Shown: positions 28,080 through 38,820, counted from the first letter of the stretch. The stretch: 64,000 bases of DNA from Gammaproteobacteria bacterium (GCA_009692365.1 SHZJ01000017.1:6771-70770); one strand, 5' to 3'. A program made the numbers and translations. The notes: generated by a model not told the origin, from the letters alone.

Positions 28080-30386
28080 CTAGGCCACCACACGACCTGG
28101 GGGTCGTGTGCGTTCCACTCTTTTGATAAGCCCAGGCACATCTAGGATCAGCGCGACTTCGCCGCTACCCAAAATGGTCGAGCCACTAATGCCCTGTAGA
28201 TAACTAAATAATTTGCCTAGCGGTTTGATGACGGTCTGAAATTCGCCGAATAGTTCATCCACCACCAGACCAGCTTTCAGCGCGCCGAAACGTACGACCA
28301 CGATGTTTTCGCGCCGGCTCAGAACGGCTCCTTGCGCGTGAGCTGCGGCGCCTTCAGTCGCGTCGTTGAGCGCAAATGCATCGCGCAGTCGCACCACCGG
28401 CAAGACAGCGCCCCGGACATTGATAAATCCGCGCTCGCTCACGAAGCAACGGTCCGCCTCCGACAGCTCCATGCACTCCACCACCACATCGAGCGGCAGC
28501 ACGTAGCGCGCCGCGCCCAATCCCACCATGAAGCCGTCGATGATCGCCAGCGTCAGCGGCAGACGAATGCGCACCAACGTGCCGAGGCCCTCGGTGCTGT
28601 CGATTTCGATCATCCCCCGCAGGGTTTCAATGCTGCGCCGGACGACGTCCATCCCAACCCCACGGCCGGATAAATTAGAGACTGCCTCGGCGGTAGAAAA
28701 TCCTGCTTCGAAAACCAGCTGTTGAATTTCCTGCGGGGTCGGATTGGCGCTGGCAGCCAACAGCCCACGCTCGATCGCCTTGTGGCGAATTTTGTCGAGC
28801 GGCAGACCACCGCCGTCGTCCGCCACCTCGATGACGATGCTGCCGGAGTCGTGATAGGCGTTCAGCGAAATCTTCGCCCGCGCAGGTTTGCCGCTGGCCA
28901 AACGACGGGCGGCGTTCTCGATGCCGTGGTCCATGGCGTTGCGCACCAAATGCATCAACGGGTCGCCAATGCGCTCCACCACCGACTTATCAAGTTCCGT
29001 CTCAGCGCCGGCGATGACCAACTCGATGTCCTTGCCCAGGTCCAAGCTGACATCGCGCACCACCCGTTGAAAACGCTGGAAAGTGGCTGCAATGGGGACC
29101 ATGCGCAGGCTCAACGCGTTGTCGCGCACCTGCTCGACTAGCCGCAGGAGTGCCGCCGCCGATTCCACAATATCGCCCAGCTTGGCGTGCTGGGCTAAGG
29201 CAAACGTGCCAGAGCCTGCGATGACCAGCTCGCCTACCAGCGTAATTAACTGGTCGAGTTTCTCGGCATCCACCCGAATGAGCTTGCTGTCCTGTGCCTT
29301 CGCCAGCCGCGCCTGCTGCTGACGCTCTAGCGCCGCATCGACCACCGGTTCGGGCACGGCACCGGCATCAACCAGAATCCGGCCCAGGGGGCGGGGACCA
29401 CCCGGTGCCACTGGGGGCCGCGACTCGGCGGCCTGTTCGGCCAGCGCCGCTGCCAATTCGAGGTCGGTCAGCGCGTGGGCCGCCACCAGTATTTCACCTA
29501 GTTTGGACGGCCCTTCCGGCAGCGCCGCGAGGTCGGCAAGCTGCGCACGCACTTGGCTGCTGGGCGGCGTGAGCTGGATTTTGCAATCATCGCGGATGAA
29601 GTCGAACACTGCGTCGATGACGGCCCGGTCGGCCGTCGTCGCGAGTTCCAGGGCTACATCGAGGTAGCAACTTTCGGGGTCCATTGCTACCAAGGGCGGC
29701 AGGCGGCCCCAGAGCGTGGTGAGGTTGACTATCTCGCCCACGGTGCCGAGATAGTGAAGTATCGACAGGGGGTCCATGCCGTTGCGCAAGACGTCGGCGC
29801 CGAACTGTAGCGCGATGCGCCACACCAACGCGGCCGGCTGGGCTAGGGCGGGTTCAGCACTGGCAAGAAACACCGCGTAATCGGCCGCCAGCGAAGTCGG
29901 GAGCGCGGCCGCGGAGGGGGTTGCTGGCGGCGCCCCACTAGCCAGCAACAGCGCAACATCCGCTGCCATCGAGTGCCGGTCAACGGCGTTCGGGAGTGCC
30001 GGCAGATACTGCGCCAACTCACGCTCCAAAGCCTCGCCGACCGCGCTCACCGCGGGCTGCAGCGGCAGATTATCCACGGCCGGCGTCACCAGCGTGCCCA
30101 GGTGGTCGCCACAACGTAGGAGCAAGGCAGAAAGTGCCGGTGTTAACGCCACTTCACCGGCGCGCACCAAGTCCAATAAATTCTCAAGCTGATGGGTATG
30201 CGCCACAATGGTATTGAACCCAAACATGCCGGCCGAGCCCTTGATGGTATGCGCGGTGCGGAAGACCGCGTCGAGCAGCTCTCGGTCGCCGGGTCGGTGC
30301 TCTAGCAGCAGCAGCGATTGCTCCATCTGCTCGAGGAGCTCGCCGGCTTCGGCGATGAAAATCTCTAGGGCAGGGGTCAAATCCAT
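28080..30386 (-). CDS. cheA: Chemotaxis histidine kinase CheA
   Basis: P1 Hpt (FRTAHTIKGSAGMFGF), dimerisation and HATPase domains (GLGTLVRIRLPLTLAII region) and a C-terminal CheW-like P5 domain. Confidence 0.9.
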   Translation of the reverse strand: MDLTPALEIFIAEAGELLEQMEQSLLLLEHRPGDRELLDAVFRTAHTIKGSAGMFGFNTIVAHTHQLENLLDLVRAGEVALTPALSALLLRCGDHLGTLVTPAVDNLPLQPAVSAVGEALERELAQYLPALPNAVDRHSMAADVALLLASGAPPATPSAAALPTSLAADYAVFLASAEPALAQPAALVWRIALQFGADVLRNGMDPLSILHYLGTVGEIVNLTTLWGRLPPLVAMDPESCYLDVALELATTADRAVIDAVFDFIRDDCKIQLTPPSSQVRAQLADLAALPEGPSKLGEILVAAHALTDLELAAALAEQAAESRPPVAPGGPRPLGRILVDAGAVPEPVVDAALERQQQARLAKAQDSKLIRVDAEKLDQLITLVGELVIAGSGTFALAQHAKLGDIVESAAALLRLVEQVRDNALSLRMVPIAATFQRFQRVVRDVSLDLGKDIELVIAGAETELDKSVVERIGDPLMHLVRNAMDHGIENAARRLASGKPARAKISLNAYHDSGSIVIEVADDGGGLPLDKIRHKAIERGLLAASANPTPQEIQQLVFEAGFSTAEAVSNLSGRGVGMDVVRRSIETLRGMIEIDSTEGLGTLVRIRLPLTLAIIDGFMVGLGAARYVLPLDVVVECMELSEADRCFVSERGFINVRGAVLPVVRLRDAFALNDATEGAAAHAQGAVLSRRENIVVVRFGALKAGLVVDELFGEFQTVIKPLGKLFSYLQGISGSTILGSGEVALILDVPGLIKRVERTRPPGRVVA

Positions 30387-30405
30387 GGGAGATTTTCCGG
30401 GTCGC

Positions 30406-30690
30406 TCAAGCGAACTGCTGGCGCAGATTGAGCAGCGTCAGCACCGCGTTAGCGGCGTCGCTCACGGCACTCACTCGCAGCGCCCGGCCGGTGAGCTCGC
30501 ATTCACGTTTGAGTAACAGCAGTTGCTGGACACCCGCGCTATCGAGTTCACTCACCTCGCTCAGATCAAGCTCGAGCGGGCCGCCCTCGACTAGGGTCGC
30601 CTGCAGACGGGCGTGCAGCGCGGCCGCCGCATAGATGTTTAATTCGCCCACGAGCTTCAAAACAGTGGCTGCGGGTTGGTCTAGGTTCAC
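30406..30690 (-). CDS. STAS-domain protein (anti-sigma-factor antagonist-like) embedded in the che operon
   Basis: 94 aa. STAS pattern: a beta-strand (LKLVGELNIYAAAAL), the conserved phosphorylatable-Ser region (DLSEVSELDSAGVQQLL) and C-terminal helices. Confidence 0.7.
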   Translation of the reverse strand: MNLDQPAATVLKLVGELNIYAAAALHARLQATLVEGGPLELDLSEVSELDSAGVQQLLLLKRECELTGRALRVSAVSDAANAVLTLLNLRQQFA

Positions 30691-30712
30691 GCTTACAAGC
30701 CTCCAGCAGCCC

Positions 30713-31081
30713 CTAAGGGAGCACCAGTTTCGAGACCGCCGCCAGCATCTGTTCGGGCTTGAAGGGCTTCACTACCCAGGCTTTTGCGCCAGCGGCCTGC
30801 CCTTCCATTTTCTTACCCTCCTGACTTTCAGTCGTCAGCATGATGATCGGGGTAAATTTATAGGCAGCGTTTTGCTTGACGGCTTTCACAAAAGTGATCC
30901 CATCCATGTTGGGCATGTTGACGTCGCTGATGATCAGGTGGATTTTCTGGCCGTTGAGCTTGCTCAAGCCATCGACGCCGTCGCAGGCTTCAATAACCTC
31001 ATAACCACCGCCCTTGAGGGCAATGGCGACCACCTGCCGCAGCGAGGCGGAGTCATCCACGATCAAAATTGTTTTCGCCAT
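30713..31081 (-). CDS. cheY: Chemotaxis response regulator CheY
   Basis: 122 aa, single REC domain: ILIVDDSASLRQ, ISDVNMPNMDG (phospho-Asp), T (LTTES) and AWVVKPF (Lys). Confidence 0.9.
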   Translation of the reverse strand: MAKTILIVDDSASLRQVVAIALKGGGYEVIEACDGVDGLSKLNGQKIHLIISDVNMPNMDGITFVKAVKQNAAYKFTPIIMLTTESQEGKKMEGQAAGAKAWVVKPFKPEQMLAAVSKLVLP

Positions 31082-31090
31082 GGCGGAACC

Positions 31091-32257
31091 TCAGAAAAAA
31101 GTAATATCGGTGTTATCCGCCGCTGGGGTCATGCCTGCCGGCATCCGTTCTTCGGCCAAGGTATAGGAGCGCTCTAGGGTTGCTCGCAGCTGCGCTGTCG
31201 CTGCTTGGTTGGGAAAAGTGCCACTCGCCAGTTGGCTCTTGAAGGTATGCAGGCTGTCACCCAAATGACTCAGCAACTGGTTGATTCGATCCTGAAATTG
31301 CAGCTGCTCTAGCGCGATGGATACGGCGCGGGTAATCCCTTCGGCCTCGGTGCGTAGCGCGTCACCTGAAGTGGTGTGGCTGGCCATCGCGTTCCGGAAG
31401 TCGGTAACCACGCCCGATAACTGGGCGTCGCAATCCACCCGGGCCTGGGCATCACGCTCAGCGGCGGTCTCGATCATGGCCGACGAGTCTTTGATACTAC
31501 GGTTCACATAATCAATTTTTTGGCTGATGTTTTTGCCGATCTCGCCCGAGCGGGTGGACAGCGTGCGAACTTCATCGGCGACTACCGCAAAGCCACGGCC
31601 GGCTTCGCCAGCACGCGCCGCCTCGATCGCGGCATTCAGCGCCAACAGGTTGGTTTGGTCAGCGATGCTCGCCACATCAGAAGCCATCTTCTGCAACTCG
31701 GTGGTGAACTGCACCAGCCGTTGACTCTCCGCCAGCATCCGGGCCTTGTCGGCCAAGGTGGTGTCGAGAATCTCGCCCACCATCGTCAGCCGCCGCTCGC
31801 TTTTCGCCACCACCTGACGCAGGTCGTCATCGGCGCTGCCGCCATCGATACCCGCCGCCCGATAGCTCGCGCGCACGGCGTCGCGGAGGCGCTCGACGAT
31901 GCCGGCGAAATCCTGGGTGAGATGTACCACGGCCCCGTCGAGCTGCTGCCGGGCCGTGCCCAAATGCCGAATCCAGATCGGCAAAACACTGTCGGCCAGG
32001 TGCATCAGACTAGCGCTGTGCCGCGCCGCGATGTCTGCGACGGTCGCGTTCTGCGCCTGTGCAGCGACCTCTTCAGCGACAGCAATAGCAGCCCGGTAGA
32101 GGCGCCTCACGCGCCCGTCGAGCAGCAGACCAACCACCACCAGTGAGGCGGCGGCGGCTAATCTGGCAGGTCCCTCGGGTACCAGGCACACAATCAACGC
32201 GGCCGCAACTGCGAGCGCGCTCGCACCCCAAGAAAGCAGGGCGGGATCCGATTTCAT
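31091..32257 (-). CDS. Methyl-accepting chemotaxis protein (short, membrane-anchored, minimal sensing domain)
   Basis: N-terminal TM helices, then the signalling domain ([37 protein letters not shown]). Confidence 0.8.
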   Translation of the reverse strand: MKSDPALLSWGASALAVAAALIVCLVPEGPARLAAAASLVVVGLLLDGRVRRLYRAAIAVAEEVAAQAQNATVADIAARHSASLMHLADSVLPIWIRHLGTARQQLDGAVVHLTQDFAGIVERLRDAVRASYRAAGIDGGSADDDLRQVVAKSERRLTMVGEILDTTLADKARMLAESQRLVQFTTELQKMASDVASIADQTNLLALNAAIEAARAGEAGRGFAVVADEVRTLSTRSGEIGKNISQKIDYVNRSIKDSSAMIETAAERDAQARVDCDAQLSGVVTDFRNAMASHTTSGDALRTEAEGITRAVSIALEQLQFQDRINQLLSHLGDSLHTFKSQLASGTFPNQAATAQLRATLERSYTLAEERMPAGMTPAADNTDITFF

Positions 32258-32445
32258 TGGACAGTCTTCCTCGATAAAGTTGCAGCACGGGGTGAGTGTT
32301 GACGGTCGCGGCTAACGCAGACGTTCCGCGTGGGCCCAGCAACAGCTATCGCCCCCAACACAGGGAAACTTTAGAAACGGGGGGTAGTTTGGCCCGCGGC
32401 ACGTTCCGCAGGTCTAATTCTCTGAGGTCGGCGGAGCGGCCCCAG

Positions 32446-33693
32446 CTATTTCACGACCGGCCGCGCCGTGGCAAAGAAAAACCACACCACCGCGCCGAAC
32501 ACATTCACGCAGGCCGCCAACACGAAGGCCGCAGTGAAAGTGCCCGTGACGTCAATCAGCCAGCCGGTGACGGCGATGCCGAGGATGCCGGGCAGCGTGC
32601 CCGCCGTGTTGGTGATTGCCAACAACACATCGGCGTAGCGCGGTGCGATGTCGAGATGATTGGAAATAAACCCGCCCCAGGTCATCGCCAACGCTCCTAG
32701 CGCGCCGCACATCAAGCCCAGTGCAACCTCCGGGGAGCTGACGTCTCGGGCCAGCCACATGCACGCAGCAGCGCCCAACAGACCCGCGATTTGCATGAAT
32801 TTGCGCACAAATGTGGCATCGGCACCGCCCTTGATCCAGCTATCTGTCAGCCAACCACTTGCGATACCCGAAACCAACATGGCCAACCACGGCGCGGCGG
32901 CATAAAGGCTCGCGCTTTGAATATCCAAGTGCAGCACTTTGCGAAAATAACTGGGTAACCAGGCGAGCAACATATACAGCACCCAATTGCTGCACAGGTG
33001 GTTGATGATGAGCGCCCACACCGCCGAGGAGCGCAACAATTTGGCCCATGGCACAGGCTCTTTGGGGTGCTGGTCGGGGGCGACGGCACGCAGCAGGTTG
33101 CGTTCGGCGGGGGTCAGCTTGGGATGATCGGCCGGCCGGTCATAGGCCAGTTTCAACCACACCACACACCACACAAGACCCAGTAGGCCAAACACATAAA
33201 AGACGCTGGTCCAGCCGTAATGTTTCACCATCACACCGGTAGTCATCAGCGCAAACAACGTGCCGAGGGGAATGCCGGCGAGCATCAATGCCACCGCGCG
33301 GGATCGCTCGCCGGCCGGCACCCAGCGACTGTACAGATTGTAGGCCGCCGGAAACATCGCGGCTTCGCCTAAGCCCATCGCGATGCGCGCGGCAATGAGG
33401 GCGGCAAAAGACATCCCTGCTGCGAGCGGCGTCACGAGGGTGAATATCGACCACCACAGGACCGCCGCGAGCAAGACGCGCTTGCCACCAAAGCGATTGG
33501 CCAACCAGCCGCTGGGCACCATGAACAACAGATAGCCGATAAAAAAGGCTGACAGTACGAAGCCCTTGATGGTCTCTGTCCACCCGTACTGTTCTTGCAT
33601 GGCCAGCGCGGCAACCGAGATACTCACCCGGTCGATATAGCTGATGAAACTTGCCGCGACACAGAGTGCAACGAGCTTATGACGTTCCTGCAT
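32446..33693 (-). CDS. MFS transporter
   Basis: 415 aa with 12 predicted TM segments and an MFS signature between TM2 and TM3 (GWLANRFGGKRVL). Confidence 0.8.
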   Translation of the reverse strand: MQERHKLVALCVAASFISYIDRVSISVAALAMQEQYGWTETIKGFVLSAFFIGYLLFMVPSGWLANRFGGKRVLLAAVLWWSIFTLVTPLAAGMSFAALIAARIAMGLGEAAMFPAAYNLYSRWVPAGERSRAVALMLAGIPLGTLFALMTTGVMVKHYGWTSVFYVFGLLGLVWCVVWLKLAYDRPADHPKLTPAERNLLRAVAPDQHPKEPVPWAKLLRSSAVWALIINHLCSNWVLYMLLAWLPSYFRKVLHLDIQSASLYAAAPWLAMLVSGIASGWLTDSWIKGGADATFVRKFMQIAGLLGAAACMWLARDVSSPEVALGLMCGALGALAMTWGGFISNHLDIAPRYADVLLAITNTAGTLPGILGIAVTGWLIDVTGTFTAAFVLAACVNVFGAVVWFFFATARPVVK

Positions 33694-33930
33694 GTTTTTT
33701 CTCCCCGCTGCGAGACCTACACGCGGCTGACAGCAACCACCATGCGGGACGCTGAATCGGTTTTTTAACGTTCACACCCTGAGTAGCATGGCGCGCTGGT
33801 AGGTTGGTGCATCTTCCATTGTTCGCGTTCCGCCCCGAAAAAACAGCCCCGATCTAACGGATGTCCACGCCGCTGCAACCGGTTACCCTGATAAGCAAAC
33901 ACCACTAAACCCATTCTCGGGAGACCTTCC

Positions 33931-34839
33931 ATGGCCGGGCTCATCTTGCATCACTACGCGTTATCACCCTTTGCGGAAAAAATTCGCCGCATCCTGGCTT
34001 TTAAAAAGCTGGCGTGGCGTTCGGTGGAACAGCCCAGCATCGCACCGAAACCCGATCTCACGCCGCTCACCGGTGGCTATCGCCGCATCCCGGTGCTGCA
34101 GATCGGGGCGGATATTTACTGCGACACCGCACTCATCGCCGGCGTGTTGGAACGCCTGTACCCAAGCCCCAGTTGTTTTCCCGCAGCGCTCGCGGGCGCC
34201 GCCGCCTTGCTAGAAGACTGGGCCGACCACCGTCTATTTATGCAAACCGTGCCGCCTACCGTGGCACGGCTGGTAGACCACCTTCCCGCGGCATTCTTTG
34301 TCGACCGCGCCGCCATGACACCCGCGTTCACCCGCGAGAATTTAATCGCCGTGGCGCCGCACGCCTGGAGTCAGGCGCTCATTTCTCTGGATAGGCTCGC
34401 CGCGCAGCTAGATCAAACCCCCTTCGTGCTGGGTGCTGTCTTCACCGTAGCCGACGCCGCCTGTTTCCATCCTGTGTGGTTTTTGCAGCACGGGGGGGAT
34501 TTGTTTGATGCCGTGCGAGCACGGCCCAGCTTGTCGGCGTGGTTTGCTCGGGTAGCCGATTTAGGCACGGGCGAAATGACGCCGCTGGAGGCCGCCGCCG
34601 CGCTGACCATCGCGCGCGAGGCGATCCCCACCGACGTGGCGGGAGGCTGCGTGACGGAGGGCGGTTATGTAGCGGGCGCAGAAATGGCCATCGTGCCAGA
34701 CGATTACGGCTTAGAACGCACCGTAGGTCGGCTCATCCGGCTAAACGCGCAGGAAATCGTGGTGCTACGCACAGATCCTCAAGTGGGAGAGGTGGCGGTG
34801 CATTACCCACGCGCGGGTTATCGCTGTTACGCCGTTTGA
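33931..34839 (+). CDS. Glutathione S-transferase family protein (N-terminal thioredoxin-like GST domain plus extended C-terminal domain)
   Basis: MAGLILHHYALSPFAEKIRRILAFKKL ... IPVLQIGADIYCDTALI matches GST_N; the remainder is helical. Confidence 0.6.
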   Translation: MAGLILHHYALSPFAEKIRRILAFKKLAWRSVEQPSIAPKPDLTPLTGGYRRIPVLQIGADIYCDTALIAGVLERLYPSPSCFPAALAGAAALLEDWADHRLFMQTVPPTVARLVDHLPAAFFVDRAAMTPAFTRENLIAVAPHAWSQALISLDRLAAQLDQTPFVLGAVFTVADAACFHPVWFLQHGGDLFDAVRARPSLSAWFARVADLGTGEMTPLEAAAALTIAREAIPTDVAGGCVTEGGYVAGAEMAIVPDDYGLERTVGRLIRLNAQEIVVLRTDPQVGEVAVHYPRAGYRCYAV

Positions 34840-34864
34840 TCCCGGCGAGGCAAGGCCACCCGCC

Positions 34865-35878
34865 TTAGGCGATGGCCGTGGCGGGAGTAGACATCGTTGC
34901 TCGAACATCCATCGCGAGCTCGAAGGAACGTAAACGCGCGCGATGGTCAAACAGCGAGCCGGCGATCATGAGCTCGTCCACCCGAGTCATTTCGATGAAG
35001 TTCGTTAACTGTTCCCGCACACTCGCCGGCGCCCCAACGCAGGCATAGCTCAGCGTGTGGTCGACCCCCGCCTTCTCGGCGGGGGTCCAGTAGTCATGCA
35101 TCTGATCGCGTGGCGGTTGGAGCTGCGTCGGCGTACCGCGATACAAATTGGCAAACTGCTGCTGGATCGAGGTAAACAGGCGTCGGGCTGCCACATCGGT
35201 GTCGGCCGTCACCACATTGACCACCGCCATGGCGTGCGGCTTGGCCAGTTGGGCTGATGGTTGAAACCGGGCTCGGTACACCTGTAACGCCTGGCGCAGG
35301 GCATCGGGCGCAAAATGCGAAGCGAAGCCAAAAGGGAGCCCCAGGGCTGCTGCGACCTGCGCGCCAAACAAGCTCGAGCCTAAAATCCACAGCGGCACCT
35401 CCAAGCCAGTACCGGGCACAGCGAACACCGTTTGTCCTGCCAGCTCGGGGCCTAGGAAGGCCTGCAGTTCCAGCACATCTTGCGGAAAATTCTCCGCATT
35501 CGAGGCGAGATCTCGACGCAACGCCCGCGCGGTACGTTGATCAGAACCCGGGGCGCGACCCAGCGCCAGATCGATGCGCCCGGGAAACAGCGACTCGAGC
35601 GTACCGAACTGCTCGGCGATGACCAAAGGGGAGTGATTGGGCAGCATGATCCCGCCGGCCCCCACCCGAATGCGCTGGGTGCCCGCCGCCACATGGCCGA
35701 TGACCACCGCGGTGGCGGCGCTCGCGATCCCCGGAATATTGTGATGTTCGGCCAACCAGTAGCGGTTATAGCCCCACTGCTCAGCGTGGCGCGCGAGGTC
35801 TAGCGTATTCCGAAAACTATCCGCCGCCGTGCTACCAGCGGAAATGGGCGATAGGTCGAGTACCGAAAACGCAATCAT
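34865..35878 (-). CDS. LLM-class flavin-dependent oxidoreductase (YhbW-like luciferase-like monooxygenase)
   Basis: 337 aa TIM-barrel LLM signature: [12 protein letters not shown] ... [13 protein letters not shown] ... [39 protein letters not shown]. Confidence 0.8.
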   Translation of the reverse strand: MIAFSVLDLSPISAGSTAADSFRNTLDLARHAEQWGYNRYWLAEHHNIPGIASAATAVVIGHVAAGTQRIRVGAGGIMLPNHSPLVIAEQFGTLESLFPGRIDLALGRAPGSDQRTARALRRDLASNAENFPQDVLELQAFLGPELAGQTVFAVPGTGLEVPLWILGSSLFGAQVAAALGLPFGFASHFAPDALRQALQVYRARFQPSAQLAKPHAMAVVNVVTADTDVAARRLFTSIQQQFANLYRGTPTQLQPPRDQMHDYWTPAEKAGVDHTLSYACVGAPASVREQLTNFIEMTRVDELMIAGSLFDHRARLRSFELAMDVRATMSTPATAIA

Positions 35879-36050
35879 GGCAGCCTCTCGGGCAGTGGGA
35901 AGACAGCGACCATTATGGCGGGTTGCGACCCTCGCAGTCGCCTACAGCGACGTGCCGCGCGGCCCGTCGGGCGCGAGAAAGCTTTAAACTACGGCTGGCC
36001 GTTCGCGGCGAGCCGCAGGAAAATCGCCGCAAAATGATGGAGCACCGCCC

Positions 36051-37160
36051 ATGGCCCTGAGTGCCAACCGTTTTCAACTGGCCGTCTTCGGTAGCAACGT
36101 CAGCCACGGCTGCACCATCTCTGAGGCCGCGGGGGGTATCGAGGTGAACTGGGCAGAGTCGCTGCGCATCGCGCGGACGGCAGATGCGCTAGGCCTTGAG
36201 GCGGTGATCCCGGTGTGCCGCTGGAAAGGCTTTGGCGGGCCCAGCCAGTTCAACCACCGCAGCTTCGAGACCTGGACCTGGGCGGCCGGATTAGCGCAGG
36301 CAACCACCCACATTCACGTTTTTGCGACCACCGCCGTGCCCTCCATCCACCCGGTCCTGGCGGCCAAACAAGCGGTGACGATCGACCACATCTCCGGCGG
36401 GCGTTTTGGGCTGAACGTGGTTTCTGGCTGGAACAGTCAGGAGGTCGCGATGTTCGGCAAAACGCAGTACCCCCACGCGGAGCGCTATGCGCTGACCGAC
36501 GAATGGATGACCCTCATCACCGCCCTGTGGACCCACCTCGGAGAATTTGATTTCGCGGGTCAGTACTTCACCGCGCCGCGTTGTTACGCCGAGCCCAAGC
36601 CGCTGCAGCATCCACGCCCACCGGTGATGAGCGCGGGTGTGAGCCCTGCCGGACGTCGCTTTGCGGCCAAACACGCCGACATGAATTTTATTTTGGCGCC
36701 CAATCTGGCCATGGCGCGCGCCACGGTAGCCGATGTACGCCGCATCGCGCGTGAGGATTACCAGCGTGAAGTGGAGGTCTGGGGCAATGCTGCCATCTTT
36801 TGTGCCCCGACCCACGCCGAAGCTCAGGACTATTACCGACACGTCATCCACGAGCGGGGCGATTTGCTGGCGGCGGGCAATCTGCTGGACACCTTCACGG
36901 CGGAATCCGGTAGCCAACTCCCCGATCCGGCGCTGCGCGAGGCCTATCTGCGCAATATGATGGCCGGCTATTCTGGGTTTCCGGTGGTTGGCACGCCGAG
37001 CGAAGTCACTGATTTTTTGCAGGCCATGGCGGAGTGCGGCCTAGCCGGCGCCACCCTGTCTTGGCCAGACTACGAAGCCGGGTTGGCCCAACTGGGCACC
37101 AGCATTCTGCCGCTGCTGGAAGAGCGCGGCCTGCGCACGGCGCCTAGCGTGGGTCGCTGA
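36051..37160 (+). CDS. LLM-class flavin/F420-dependent oxidoreductase (intact paralog of the pseudogene at 14983-15998)
   Basis: 369 aa, with DHISGGRFGLNVVSGWN and other LLM blocks. Collinear with the disrupted copy. Confidence 0.8.
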   Translation: MALSANRFQLAVFGSNVSHGCTISEAAGGIEVNWAESLRIARTADALGLEAVIPVCRWKGFGGPSQFNHRSFETWTWAAGLAQATTHIHVFATTAVPSIHPVLAAKQAVTIDHISGGRFGLNVVSGWNSQEVAMFGKTQYPHAERYALTDEWMTLITALWTHLGEFDFAGQYFTAPRCYAEPKPLQHPRPPVMSAGVSPAGRRFAAKHADMNFILAPNLAMARATVADVRRIAREDYQREVEVWGNAAIFCAPTHAEAQDYYRHVIHERGDLLAAGNLLDTFTAESGSQLPDPALREAYLRNMMAGYSGFPVVGTPSEVTDFLQAMAECGLAGATLSWPDYEAGLAQLGTSILPLLEERGLRTAPSVGR

Positions 37161-37290
37161 GGCCCATCAATGGTCGAGGGTTAGTCGGCACGGACCCGCT
37201 GCGGCCAGCAGGCCGGCCCCCGCGACCCAGCGCGCCCGGGCGGCCGGCGCGCGCTCGCCTTAGCGTGACCCGGCGCCTCCACCCGAGGGC

Positions 37291-38820
37291 TCAGGGCTCG
37301 CGCGCGCCCTCGTGTTGATAGCGGCGCAACGGACTGAGCAAATAATCGAGGATGCGCCGCCGGCCGATCGCGAGCTCCACGGTCACGGCCATGCCGGCCG
37401 TCAAGGGCAGCTGATGGCCGTCCACCGCCATCACGCGCTGGGTCAACGCGATTTGTGCCAGATAGCGTCGCCCATGCTCGGCGTCCATCACCGCGTCTTG
37501 CGACACCTCCCGCACCCAGCCCGTCAATAATCCGTAGCGCGTGAAGTGATAGGTTTCAACCTTGATCGCCACGCGCTGGCCGGGGTGCACAAAGCCGATG
37601 TCCCGATTGTCGATCAGAGCCTCTACGGCCAGCGGTGCGTCGTCCGGGACGATGACCATGAGCGGCTGCGCCGGGGCTACGACCCCGCCCACCGTATGCA
37701 CCGCCAGCTGCTGCACGCCGCCCGCCACCGGTGCCCTCAGGGTGGCCAAATCCAAGCGATGTTCCACCGCCACGAGTTCTGCCTCTACCCCCGCCAACCG
37801 CGCCTGGGTGTCGGCCAGTTCCGCCAGCCAGCGCGCCTCAAACTGGGCCGCCGCCGCTTGGCGACGGGCCACTAATGCCGCTGCACCGGCCGCCAGCGCG
37901 CTCAGCGCTTCGCGCTGGCTGGCGAGTTCCTGCTCGGCCAGTAGGCGCGCCCGCTCGAACTGCAACCACTGCAGGCGCGGCACCGTGCCGCGCGCCAGCA
38001 ATTGACGATGCGCCTGTGCCTCTTCCGTCACTAACGGCAGGCTGGCCGCGAGTTGCGCCCGCCGCGTCTCAGCGGCCCGGCGCTCGGCCTGCTGCTGGAG
38101 GAGGTCTTGGTCCAAGGCGGCCAGCACGGCCTGGTACTCGGCGCGTTCCTGGGCCAGACGCGCCACGCTAGCGGCCACTCGGGTGCCGCCCCGTTGCGCG
38201 GCGACTCGCGCGAAAGCCAGCCTGTCTGCCCGGCCCAGCTCGTCCTCGCGGCCCAGCCCGTCTGCCCGGCCTAGCCCGTCTGCCCGGCCTAGCCCGTCCT
38301 CGCGGCCCAGCCCGTCCTCGCGGCCCAGCTCGTCCTCGCGGCCCAGCTCGTCCTCGCGGCCCAGCCCGTCTGCCCGGCCTAACCCGTCCTCGCGGCCCAG
38401 CCCGTCCTCGCGGCGCCGGTGGCCGGTGCCGGCCAGCAGCGCGCTCAGTCGCACGCGGTCCACCGCCAGTACGCCCCGCTGGTCGGCCAACCGAGCACGC
38501 TCGGCGAGCAGGGCGGTAGGGTCCAGTTCGAGCAAGACTTGATTGGCCACCACCTGCTGCCCTTCGCGCACTTGAATGCTCTTCACCACCGCCAGTTCGG
38601 CCGCTTGCACCACCTTGCGCTGACCCAGCGGCACCACCTGCCCGGGTGCGACCGCGACGATATCGAGCTGCCCCCACCACAGCCACCAGAGCGCCGCGAG
38701 ACACGCAGCGCACAAGGCCAAGGCCAGCGACCGCGCCGAGCGCGAGGCCGGGGTTGCGCTGAGCGCGCGCACCGGCGGCAGAAAATCACGGGCGTCGTCG
38801 CCGCCGCCGCCGTCCATCAT
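37291..38820 (-). CDS. HlyD-family type I secretion periplasmic adaptor (membrane fusion protein) carrying an in-frame hexapeptide repeat insert
   Basis: N-terminal TM anchor (LALALCAACLAALWWLWW), a lipoyl/beta-barrel segment, a long coiled-coil and a C-terminal HlyD MPD domain. The start is uncertain (38817, 38820 or 38859); the two inner Met codons lie at the hlyB stop. Confidence 0.8.
   Translation of the reverse strand: MMDGGGGDDARDFLPPVRALSATPASRSARSLALALCAACLAALWWLWWGQLDIVAVAPGQVVPLGQRKVVQAAELAVVKSIQVREGQQVVANQVLLELDPTALLAERARLADQRGVLAVDRVRLSALLAGTGHRRREDGLGREDGLGRADGLGREDELGREDELGREDGLGREDGLGRADGLGRADGLGREDELGRADRLAFARVAAQRGGTRVAASVARLAQERAEYQAVLAALDQDLLQQQAERRAAETRRAQLAASLPLVTEEAQAHRQLLARGTVPRLQWLQFERARLLAEQELASQREALSALAAGAAALVARRQAAAAQFEARWLAELADTQARLAGVEAELVAVEHRLDLATLRAPVAGGVQQLAVHTVGGVVAPAQPLMVIVPDDAPLAVEALIDNRDIGFVHPGQRVAIKVETYHFTRYGLLTGWVREVSQDAVMDAEHGRRYLAQIALTQRVMAVDGHQLPLTAGMAVTVELAIGRRRILDYLLSPLRRYQHEGAREP
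38217..38414. repeat. Tandem array of about 11 copies of an 18-bp unit inside hlyD, encoding (R)(E/A)D(G/E)LG hexapeptide repeats
   Basis: The direct repeats CAGCCCGTCCTCGCGGCC, TAGCCCGTCTGCCCGGCC and CAGCTCGTCCTCGCGGCC are visible in the sequence. In protein they read REDGLGREDGLGRADGLGREDELGREDELG... Confidence 0.85.

Noticed and set aside
38183-38542. Plus-strand ORF encoding SRPSPS... repeats
   Set aside because: It is antisense to hlyD and is simply the other-strand reading of the 18-bp tandem array.
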